Below are positions 1-10,406 of a stretch of DNA of 20,000 nt, piece after piece (position 1 is the first letter of the stretch; every line of letters begins with the position of its first letter). The notes beneath the pieces were generated by a model. The model was not told the DNA's origin. It saw nothing but the letters and a program-made list of their open reading frames with translations, and ran no database searches. Made by a program: the position numbers and the translations under genes. Origin of the DNA: Chromera velia (taxonomy: Eukaryota); NCBI GenBank assembly GCA_018398765.1, contig JAHBMJ010000277.1:111882-131881 (forward strand), given 5' to 3'.

Positions 1-16
1 GTCTGAAACTCCGAGG

Positions 17-2589
17 ATGGAAGTTCTGGTCGAAGTTCAGATCACGCCCATTCCCACAAGATCTGCCCAATGTTCACCCATCGGCTGCTCTCCCTCTCCT
101 TCTCCTCAACCTGAGGCTGCCTCCTCGGCTCTATCGAGCACCTCCTATCCCCTTCCTGCCCCCCACCGGGTGCCTCGTCCCTCGGCTGTTCGTCCTCCGA
201 TGCCTCCCTCCGTCGTCAACAGAGACAGTGAAAGGTCACAACAGCAACAGCAAGAGGAGCATCAGCGGCTGGCCGCCTCGTCACTACATCGAACAGTCTC
301 AACGTCTTCCTCTCTGTCAGCGAGCGTCACAAACGGAATCCATCAAGAGAAAGAAGATGAAGTCATGCCAGCCTCTCCCCTTTCTGCCTCCCCAGCAGAC
401 ACACCAGAAGAAGGAGGGCAAGATGAGGCATCTCCCCTTTCTGCCTCCCCGGCAGACGGAGGAGAAGGAGGGCAAGATGAGGCATCTCCCCTTTCTGCCT
501 CCCCGGCAGACGGAGGAGAAGGAGGGCAAGATGAGGCATCTCCCCTTTCTGCCTCCCCGGCAGACGGAGGAGAAGGAGGGCAAGATGAGGCATCTCCCCT
601 TTCTGCCTCCCCGGCAGACGGAGGAGAAGGAGGGCAAGATGAGGCATCTCCCCTTTCTGCCTCCCCGGCAGACGGAGGAGAAGGAGGGCAAGATGAGGCA
701 TCTCCCCTTTCTGCCTCCCCGGCAGACGGAGGAGAAGGAGGGCAAGATGAGGCATCTCCCCTTTCTGCCTCCCCGGCAGACGGAGGAGAAGGAGGGCAAG
801 ATGAGGCATCTCCCCTTTCTGCCTCCCCGGCAGACGGAGGAGAAGGAGGGCAAGATGAGGCATCTCCCCTTTCTGCCTCCCCGGCAGACGGAGGAGAAGG
901 AGGGCAAGATGAGGCATCTCCCCTTTCTGCCTCCCCGGCAGACGGAGGAGAAGGAGGGCAAGATGAGGCATCTCCCCTTTCTGCCTCCCCGGCAGACGGA
1001 GGAGAAGGAGGGCAAGATGAGGCATCTCCCCTTTCTGCCTCCCCGGCAGACGGAGGAGAAGGAGGGCAAGATGAGGCATCTCCCCTTTCTGCCTCCCCGG
1101 CAGACGGAGGAGAAGGAGGGCAAGATGAGGCATCTCCCCTTTCTGCCTCCCCGGCAGACGGAGGAGAAGGAGGGCAAGATGAGGCATCTCCCCTTTCTGC
1201 CTCCCCGGCAGACGGAGGAGAAGGAGGGCAAGATGAGGCATCTCCCCTTTCTGCCTCCCCGGCAGACGGAGGAGAAGGAGGGCAAGATGAGGCATCTCCC
1301 CTTTCTGCCTCCCCGGCAGACGGAGGAGAAGGAGGGCAAGATGAGGCATCTCCCCTTTCTGCCTCCCCGGCAGACGGAGGAGAAGGAGGGCAAGATGAGG
1401 CATCTCCCCTTTCTGCCTCCCCGGCAGACGGAGGAGAAGGAGGGCAAGATGAGGCATCTCCCCTTTCTGCCTCCCCGGCAGACGGAGGAGAAGGAGGGCA
1501 AGATGAGGCATCTCCCCTTTCTGCCTCCCCGGCAGACGGAGGAGAAGGAGGGCAAGATGAGGCATCTCCCCTTTCTGCCTCCCCGGCAGACGGAGGAGAA
1601 GGAGGGCAAGATGAGGCATCTCCCCTTTCTGCCTCCCCGGCAGACGGAGGAGAAGGAGGGCAAGATGAGGCATCTCCCCTTTCTGCCTCCCCGGCAGACG
1701 GAGGAGAAGGAAGGCAAGATGAGGCATCTCCCCTTTCTGCCTCCCCGGCAGACGGAGGAGAAGGAGGGCAAGATGAGGCATCTCCCCTTTCTGCCTCCCC
1801 GGCAGACGGAGGAGAAGGAGGGCAAGATGAGGCATCTCCCCTTTCTGCCTCCCCGGCAGACGGAGGAGAAGGAGGGCAAGATGAGGCATCTCCCCTTTCT
1901 GCCTCCCCGGCAGACGGAGGAGAAGGAGGGCAAGATGAGGCATCTCCCCTTTCTGCCTCCCCGGCAGACGGAGGAGAAGGAGGGCAAGATGAGGCATCTC
2001 CCCTTTCTGCCTCCCCGGCAGACGGAGGAGAAGGAGGGCAAGATGAGGCATCTCCCCTTTCTGCCTCCCCGGCAGACGGAGGAGAAGGAGGGCAAGATGA
2101 GGCATCTCCCCTTTCTGCCTCCCCGGCAGACGGAGGAGAAGGAGGGCAAGATGAGGCATCTCCCCTTTCTGCCTCCCCGGCAGACGGAGGAGAAGGAGGG
2201 CAAGATGAGGCATCTCCCCTTTCTGCCTCCCCGGCAGACGGAGGAGAAGGAGGGCAAGATGAGGCATCTCCCCTTTCTGCCTCCCCGGCAGACGGAGGAG
2301 AAGGAGGGCAAGATGAGGCATCTCNGCAGACGGAGGAGAAGGAGGGCAAGAGGAGGCCTCTCCCACATTTACCGCCGTGAGGTGTGAGGAGGGGTGTAAC
2401 ATTCCATTTGATTGGTTGGAGGACGGACAGGTAGAGGACCCTTTCGATTGCTGGCACTGCAACAAAGGTCTTTGGTCGTGGGAGCAGTTCAAAATCCACA
2501 TGTCAGAAAAACATGGAGTGGAGCGACTGAATCGAAAGTTTGAAGAGCTGAGACGGTGCGGTAGGCTGGGGCGTCCGATTCGGTTTTGA
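17..2589 (+). CDS. Ser/Pro/acidic tandem-repeat protein with C-terminal C2H2-like zinc finger; may be 5'-incomplete; apparent frameshift at assembly N (2325)
   Basis: ORF 17..2324 reads a Ser/Pro/Gln-rich N-terminus, then (ADGGEGGQDEASPLSASP)n. After the N, 2326 resumes GCA GAC GGA = ADGGEGGQEEASPTFTAVRCEEG, in frame with ORF 2377..2589. That ORF contains F-D-C-W-H-C-x12-H-x4-H (FDCWHCNKGLWSWEQFKIHMSEKH). The frame is also open from position 2 to the ATG at 17. Confidence 0.72.
371..2363 (+). repeat. 54-bp coding minisatellite, about 35 copies plus degenerate flanking units, interrupted by N at 2325
   Basis: Unit ggcagacggaggagaaggagggcaagatgaggcatctcccctttctgcctcccc. Sequence lines recur every 540 bp (10 units). 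I saw a single variant (G>A at 1712, Gly>Arg). Confidence 0.98.
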
Positions 2590-3167
2590 GACACAGGGAG
2601 GAAGAGAGGGAGGGAGACGGGGAGGCATTTGCTCTTCCGGGGAGGGGAGGCATCAGTCGTGATCTTTTCTATGTGCGATGAAAAATTGCAGGTTAGCTCT
2701 CTTTAAAAAAGATAAAAGAGTCTCTTTCTTAGTCGGGCCCCAATGCGCCCATGCCTCTGGAGGTGGTTTTGGCACCAGTCCTCCATAGTTGACGAGATTT
2801 CAGGAGTGGGAGAGACGGCGGGACAGCTTTGAGTATCTAGTTGACGGAAATCCCTTTTGATCCGGCCGGCCGCGGAAGTTCGCAATAATTGTGCTGTCGG
2901 ACGAATAGTGCAAAGCGAGCTCTTTTTGCATGTTGAGTAAACGAATGAAGAAGTGGGAGGCAAAGGGTATGTGTGGCCGACTGTCATCTCTCTTCAGAGA
3001 GACGCGTTTGACTTCTTCGCCTGTCGCGCAGCTAGCACAGGTGAGGGGGTCGTTCTGCTCCCCTTTCTTGTCTCCGAGCGGGCCCCGGAAGAATGTCATA
3101 TGCATGGCCGGTTCGACCATGCGTGACTCCATCCATTCCAACCCCCCAATTCGATCACTGCAGCTGT

Positions 3168-4277
3168 TCAAGTTGACCGGCACGTGACAGCAACGCCTCG
3201 CAAAACAAAAAGGGGGAGACGGAGATAGATCCATCCGGCCTTGTGGCTTTGACTTAGACGAGGGTCCTGGACAGCAGATCCCCCCCTTACCCACTCTCCC
3301 CCCCCCATGGCGGGCAGCAGCTCTGCCCACCTGCATGCCTGCAGGCCCACAAACCCCCCGGTCCACTTCGCTCTTCCTTGGATCCATCGATCGATCGATC
3401 GATCGATGCCCCTCGGCCGACCCCGGAAATCCTCCCACCACTCACTCACATTAGATTCTGCACACCTTCAAGTTGGCGCCTTAAGTGTACAGTTGTTTCA
3501 GGCGATGCGCCCGGCGCCTGCAGGCCTGGAGGGAGAGATGGCCGGGTGGACAACTACCTCCTCGGATGGCAGCCTGAAGAGAGCGGGAATGATCGAATCC
3601 ATGCTTGACGGTGGACGTTCTTGCAATCGATTGTTTCTGTGCAATGCAGTCAGGTCACGCACTGCCAGGCAACCTCTGCTGATTCTGGGTGAAAGGGGAA
3701 ATTCAATCCGATCGTGGGGATGCATGGGTAGGGCGGGTCGCCCGGGTAGCACGTGCACCGCGGTAGAAGGTGAAGGTTTGGATGTGTCTCAGCGAGGAGA
3801 GCTCGATTGAGTCGGTTCGACCTGCCTGCAGGCTATCGGGACATCCAGCTCGCGTGCGAATTGCCAAAGCCCTGAGGCCCCCTTCAAGTCCGGGGGGTTA
3901 GACTTGCCCTGCCGCGCCCTTAAACAACACAAAGAAGTTCGTTCGTTCGTTCGTTCATGAGGAGAGACCGGTGCAGTCCTACACCAACATTGCAAGGGTC
4001 TTCGTGAGTGACCCTGGCATCCCATCCGCTCCCGGCCAAGTCCCTCCTGCCTCTCCGAATGAATCTCCTCCTGCATGCCTAGCTGTGCTGCCTGCCTGCC
4101 TGCTTGGTGGCTGATCGAGGGGGCATCGACGGCCTGGTAGCAGAGCTGAGCCTCCACTTTGACGCTCGGAGCGACAGGAGGTCCATGCACTGATCGAGCA
4201 AGTGCATGTCCGTGGAGCAGTCAAGAGGCCGCGTCTGCGTCAAAGAATCGGGCACATATGTGCATGTGTGATTGCGC

Positions 4278-4308
<31 letters not shown>

Positions 4309-4750
4309 TGTGCGTGTGTGTGTGCGTGTGTGCGTGCGTGTGTGTATGTGTGTATGCGTGTGTGTGTGTGTGTGTGTGTGTGTGGTTGTCAGTGATGTGT
4401 CAGTGTCTATGCGGTGCCCGACAAACCGTCTGCGTTGTGCGATGCCGTCACGCTGCTCACTCGATCACGCACTCTCTTTTACAACGTCGAAGGAATCCGA
4501 CATAACCTGGGCGATGAAGTAGCGGCCATTCCTTCCTTCCTTCCGTGGCGCGTACTGCTGACCCAATCGGATGTCATTCGGCCCCGCAATCGGCCGGCCA
4601 GAGCATGCTCAGCCAGTATGGCATGCGTGACGTACTGCAGGGCAACAGCAGTCGTCAAGGGCTTCCTTCAGCGTCGACCCTCGGGCTTCCAGCCTGACCT
4701 CCTCAGAGTTTTACTCGCCACTCGCTTGTCAATGACCAAGTGTTGAGGTG
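3168..4750 (-). pseudogene. Possible degenerate or fragmentary spliced gene
   Basis: Minus-strand segments bounded by GT/AG join in frame (ETTVHLRRQLEGVQNLM|WAELLPAMGGGEW|ALLSRAGQLEQLQ*; LQCW|ARQGKSNPPDLKGASGLWQFARELDVPIACRQ). In-frame stops occur upstream and I could not build a complete model. No recognisable homology. Confidence 0.2.
4273..4383. repeat. (CG)n-(TG)n compound microsatellite (alternating purine-pyrimidine)
   Basis: tgcgcgcgcgcgcgcgcgcgtgtgtg..., directly visible. Confidence 0.95.
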
Positions 4751-4764
4751 GGCTTGCAATGACA

Positions 4765-6430
4765 TAAAATTAATATTTAAAGATTCGGACCCGCTAACGT
4801 TATGACGTCGTTATCTTAGAAAATGAATTCAATTTGATGGACTTTTATCATTTTATTAGTCATGAGTGAATCACAGTCTTGATCAGAATTAATTAATCTA
4901 AAAAGATGTTTAGAGGTTTTTGCCTATAAGATTCTTGAAGTCTTTCATTTATTCCTCTATTTAGTTCTACATTTGTTTGAATATTTTCTCTGTGCTAGAC
5001 ACTGCTAGTGTCAGTACCCGTAATTTTTTTAATGTTTGAATTATCTGCCAGTACATGAGTGCAGCCGCTTTGTACGGGGACCAGTCTAAACTAGTCGAAA
5101 CAGTTGTAGAAGCGATAAAGACAGGCACATTAACATATTATACATAAAGACCTTTGAGCAGATTTATATGCCGTCATTGAGAAACAGATCAAACAGATCT
5201 ACCATACTCTCTCACCAGAAGATTTGTGTTTTACGTGCATAAATTTGCGGGCTACAATGCATCGAATAAGGGCCACTGCACATAATATGAAGTTTCTTAA
5301 AATTTTTTTTATTAAAATGTTTAAACAGTAGATCTTATGATGATGATGATGATGTATGGGGTTAAAGCCGGTAAGCCATATAGGCTCAGGCCAACCTAGT
5401 ATTTTCTGCATAGATTCGATCCCTCAACGTGAATAGACGTGAATTTTGAAGTGTTCTACTAAGCTGACCAACTGCATGTAGGAACTAGTCTACCCCAGTC
5501 AAAAGACTGAGAGCAAACAAAATTGACGTCTATAATTAAAAATATTATTTCTATATAGATGAAAAAATCTTTTATTATGGTACTTATGGCCTGCTGGTAC
5601 TAGCATTCTTGTATCTACTGGTATCTGCTGGCAACTACTAGCAATTGTATAGTATCCTACCTCCCGGCGCCGCCGTCTCGCCGCCGCCTCCCAGTCCTTC
5701 TCGTATGTGCGCCGTCTTTGCTTCGATCGCTCGCCACCGCGTTCTGCATGTTTGTCTAGCCTCGGAAAGCTTGTCTTTGCGTTCGCACGAGGACCGGTCT
5801 TGAGAGAGTTTGCCTAAGTGGCTGAGCCGTCTCGCTGAGATCGTTCGTTCCGTTTATCTGGTCGTGAGTCTCTTATCTCTCAGCAAGCTAGCAGAAGTCA
5901 AGCCTGAATCTTTTCGACTCTACGAAGGGCTAAGGATCTATCTGTATCCAATCCTTTAGCTGACTGAGATCTTCAGACTGAGCTAGAGTCTGTAGAGTTT
6001 GTAGATCCATCTCTCTGTCTAGGCTTTGAAAGTAATTACAACTACTAGTGTGTCGAGTTTGTTAAACTTCGTTTCTATCATGTACGTCACGTACACTCTT
6101 TCGCCACAGTTGAAGCTGCTGAACTTTATCATATTAAGTGATAAGTGATAAGTGATTTGGTGCTAGCCTAGAGGCTAGAGCAGTGTCGATCTTTTGTCTT
6201 ATTTAGTCTTATTTTGTTTTATATAGTTTTATAGAGGTCATGTCTATTCGCCCCTTACATTAAAATTTTTAATTTAGGTAAGTTCAAACACTATAAGTTG
6301 GTATACCTATAGAGAAGTAACCTAGGGTTTAAGATTAGGATTTATGTCTGGAGTCTAATGCGAATAAATGCGAATGTCTAAGTATACTAGCAACTGAGTA
6401 CCACACTATACCAGATGTACTTTAAAGAAA
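4765..6430. other. AT-rich intergenic island, probable degenerate repeat or transposon relics
   Basis: Abrupt compositional shift and almost no ORFs in the track. About 17 CTAG by hand count, a (TGA)n tract at 5337-5353, (TAAGTGA)3 at 6134-6154, and degenerate 10-mer repeats at about 5590-5645. Confidence 0.5.
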
Positions 6431-6764
6431 TGATGATCATTCTGATTTCGCGCGGTTTGGGGGGCACATAATCCCTTTTGTACCTTTTTCTCAGCAGCTC
6501 CGCGCGCGAATGCGCGCGAACGCGCCTTGTCTTCGTTAATTCCTGCGCATGTCAACGTCAGGCCTGCATGCATCCGGAACCATTCCGGACCGTCCTTCGA
6601 ACCATGCACCTCGGGCAGTTCCAGTCGCGGCCGGTCACTGCATGTGTGAAATCCGGCGCACATGACGAGCAGGAAATAGCAGGAAGAGGATGTTGAGAAG
6701 ACGTGCAGCTGGCTTGAGAGGGCTGGTCCATTTTTGCTGTCCCCACTTTCAACTGGATTGATGC

Positions 6765-8409
6765 ATGGCGTCTTTCTCCCCCTCCGGTGGGCCTCCCCTG
6801 TCACCCCGAGCAAAAGACATCAAGTGTTGCAGAGTGATGCCGGACCGACGGCCTCTGCGAGACGGGAATGTGGTGACGGAGGAACGCGAAATGGAAATCT
6901 GGGAGGCTTGGGAAGGAGAGGGGACACGGTGGTTTTGCTGTGGTCGTTGCATGACCGGTCGGTCCAGTTCCGTACGCACGGATGTAGACGGTGGATGATT
7001 TGTCTGCTTCGGCGTATCGATCCGAGCTCTTGCGTGTATTTTGACGTCCACTCGATTTCTATGTGGATGTCTGGCTTCATTTTCTGAATCCTCACTTCGC
7101 TTCTTCCGCTTTCGTGTGCTTTCTTGGGTTTGCAGGTCCTGGGAATGAGTGGTGTGCCAACGCGTGTGCGTGGACGTTCTTGCTTGTTCTGCCGGCTCTG
7201 TACTTCATTTTCCTTGCGGTCAGTTGGGATAGGTGGATCGGACAAACAAGCAAGAAGCGTAGTTTTCTCAGAGGCACTTTCTGATTGAAAACCGCGAGCT
7301 CTCCAGAGGCGTGCAACACTCGTGCATGAATTCATTCGATTTGATGGTCGGTTTTGCGTCTCTGGAGGCATCACTGTTGTCTCTTCTCGGCTTTGTCGTC
7401 TGTCTGTGGGAGAATGGGCATAGAGAAAAATCGACTCCGAGGAAGGCTACAGCTGCCTTTGGCTTTCAACCAAAGCTTTTCCTCTAGAGGCCTTTCTCCA
7501 CTTCTGTGGAGGAGACGGGAAGGGAATTGATACACAAGCACGGTACTCATTCTGTTGGACGACGAAAACTGAGTAGTTCCTCTTATTTTACATGCAGGGT
7601 TTTTGATTTTGATTCTCTTCACAGTGGCCGATAGGCTGTTCGGAGTTTAGGTAGCCCGTCCGCATTCCTGCCCGCCTCCGGGCACGCACGGCCTCGGGTT
7701 GTTTGAAACTCCCACAACAAATTGAGCAAAACGGTCAAACACGACTGTTTCAATGGCCTTTTTGGCGAGCGCACAGGCAGCAGACACCAAGTTTGTGTCG
7801 AGGCAGCACCTGTGTGCGTTCAAAAAGGACACAGCGAAAGGGATTCCGGTAGAAGCAGAACTTTCTCTCTTTCTCTCCCCCCGTTTCTTCATTCTGCATG
7901 TCTTTGTTTCTGTTTTGCTCACTTGAATACTTCCTGTCTGCGTGCATGCAGCCGCCACTGTGGGAGAAAGTGAGTCCGGCAATTCCTCTGGCGACTGCGG
8001 CGCTGTTCGTGACGGCGGTCTTCTTCCTCTGCTTCACACAGTGCTCAGATCCTGGTGCGTGCGTCAGCAGAGGGCATGCGGACTTATCTCTCGCTGTCTG
8101 CATGGAAGTCGGTATGTACCATATCTCTCCGGCTGCTTTCCCCTCTCCCCCTCCCTTCGCCATTTTTTTTGTGTCCCTTTCCCAAGAGGGTCACTTATCC
8201 CTAGCTTCACCCCCTTTCTCGCGTTTTTCTCTGCATCTGTCTTTTGCTTTGTACGTCCTGCGAAAAAAATAATTTCTGTATGCATGCGTGCAGGCGTGAT
8301 TCCTCGCCGAGGAATCATCCAAGCCTTCCGGATTCATGAGGAAGGTGAGGAGACAGACAGACACACGGCTCGGAGGTGGCGATCGATCCATCGGTTGCTC
8401 TGTGCGAGA

Positions 8410-8444
<35 letters not shown>

Positions 8445-10342
8445 CGCGCGCGGAGGGTGGGGGGTGGAGGGGGTCTGGTAGTGGTAGGCACGTATGGACG
8501 CAGGAGTGTCACCAGTGCGAACTCCATTTTTTAGATATTGCATCCATTACCCCACTTGTTGCCTGCCTCACTTGCTTTTTCTGCATGTGCACACACTTTC
8601 TGCTTCTTCTGATTGACTGAACGAAGCGAAGTCCTTTTTTGCCTTCGTTGTCCGTGTGGGGAAATTGACGCACGCAAGGAGGCATCAATTTTTTCTTCTG
8701 ATCCTTGCGTCCTTGCGTGCGTCAATTATTTTGCATTCGTTGTTGTTTGTGTGGGGAAAGCAGATGAGTGAGTGAGTGTGCTTCGTGCATGGTTCTTTCA
8801 ATCCATTTTCTCGATCCTCTCTTCCACGTTCTCTCTTTTCAGTGTCGAGCAAACTGGCGTACGAACCCTGCGAAGCCTCTGACTCTCCGGCACCTGCCGC
8901 TGGAGGACGTGGGGGATCAGGAGGGGCTGCACCCGCCTCCCCTCGGCGTGGAGGCGGGCAGAAGGGTTCGGTTGCCGATGTTTGCACCATGTGGAGGGTG
9001 TGTTGCCCTCAGACGAAGAAGGGGGAGGAGGGAGGAGACAGGAATGAGGGGGCGGAGGGCCACGCCAGATCGCCGAGACTGGTTCCGCAGGAGCAAGGGG
9101 CCATGACAGAAGCAGGAGGGAAGGAAAATGGAGACCACCGGTCAGTCCTAGCAAAGCAGGAAGGAAGGCAGATCGTGTCAAGTCGAGTCGAACAGAAAGA
9201 GAAAGATACGCAGGCAAGCAGGGATATGGAGGGGTAGAGAGATAAGAGGGATGGGCAGACGGGGCGACGAAAGAAAGCAGAAGCAAACGCATAAGAAAGA
9301 AAGAATGCAGGAAAGGAAGGAGAGACTGGAGATTCAAAAGAAAAGTTGCAGCCGAGGCATCGCTCTGTCGTCATGCAGTCTCTCTCACAGGCAGGCACTT
9401 TGGCTGTCGGAATGCCAGTCTGTCTGTTTGCCTTCTGAAAGAAAGGAAAAGGAAAGAAAAGACGATATAGTCTGTCTGTGTAGAAAAGGAGGGAGAAGAA
9501 GAGACATATTGTCTGTCGGTGTGTTCACTTGTCAAGTAAGAAAGCAAGCAACGAGCAGGACGTTCAATCTTTTTCTGTGGATAAAAAAATATCCCACGCA
9601 GGGCAGAATCTGCCGGGGTCCTTCAGGAAGTGGAAGAGGCCCCAGTCGATCTGGAGATGGGCCCCGGCGCAGTCTTCTCTCCTCAGGCTGTAGGGGGCCC
9701 TTTCGAGATGCGATCAGCTGAGGCACCTCCCGTTGCTTTGGCGACTGTGCATCCCTCTCTGCTCGCTAATGTTCTGCACCCTGCTGGGCCGGGGCCGGGG
9801 CCGAGGGGGACGCGGCCGCGTCTGCCGGGGTCTCCAGATTGGAAGGAGGGCGACAGCCACTCGGAGGATCTGCTGAATGACCGAGCTAACGCGGCTTCAT
9901 CAGAGAGATGTAGTCCGTCTCTGCAATCAGAGACGGGTCCAGTGGACACCCTCGAGGCCGTAGGGTCCCCCGCCCGTCTCCGGTTTGACTGGGAAGGGAG
10001 GCACGATGCTCCTCCTGACACAGTGGGGGGGGGACACGGAGAGGCGGGGGAGGAAGAGGAGGCTGGGTGGGTCCCCACACCTGCAGAAGGGTACCGTTAC
10101 TGCAACACATGTGAAGTCATTCGGTCAGTCAGTGCTCGGACACATAGGATGGAATAAATTGATAGTCTGGGCATGCATGCATGCATGCAGACATGCAGGG
10201 ATCGAGAGCTGTCAGAGGTGACCTCACTTGATGCATGCAGATCGATTCATGCAGCTGGTTTCTTCATTCATTTTCCCTTCAACGAATCTGTTCAAGTCCG
10301 CGCATGATGATGTGTGTATGAATGGCTGCTAAAGCCTGGTTG

Positions 10343-10406
<64 letters not shown>

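Noticed and set aside
371..2363. CRISPR array interpretation of the long repeat
   Set aside because: Units are head-to-tail with no unique spacers, the period is a multiple of 3 inside an ORF, there are no cas genes and the context is eukaryotic.
228..2594. Four additional 680-740 aa ORFs (alternative frame and antisense) over the repeat
   Set aside because: These follow automatically from a stop-free 54-bp unit. Only the ADGGEGG frame links a unique N-terminus to the zinc finger.
5357..5365. GGGTTAA as a piggyBac terminus
   Set aside because: No matching TTAACCC left end or terminal inverted repeat found.
5199..5411. Poly-His ORF on the minus strand
   Set aside because: The His run derives from the (CAT)n microsatellite in AT-rich non-coding DNA.
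6321..6346. Telomere-like tagggtttaagattaggattta
   Set aside because: Too short and degenerate to support an interstitial telomeric repeat.
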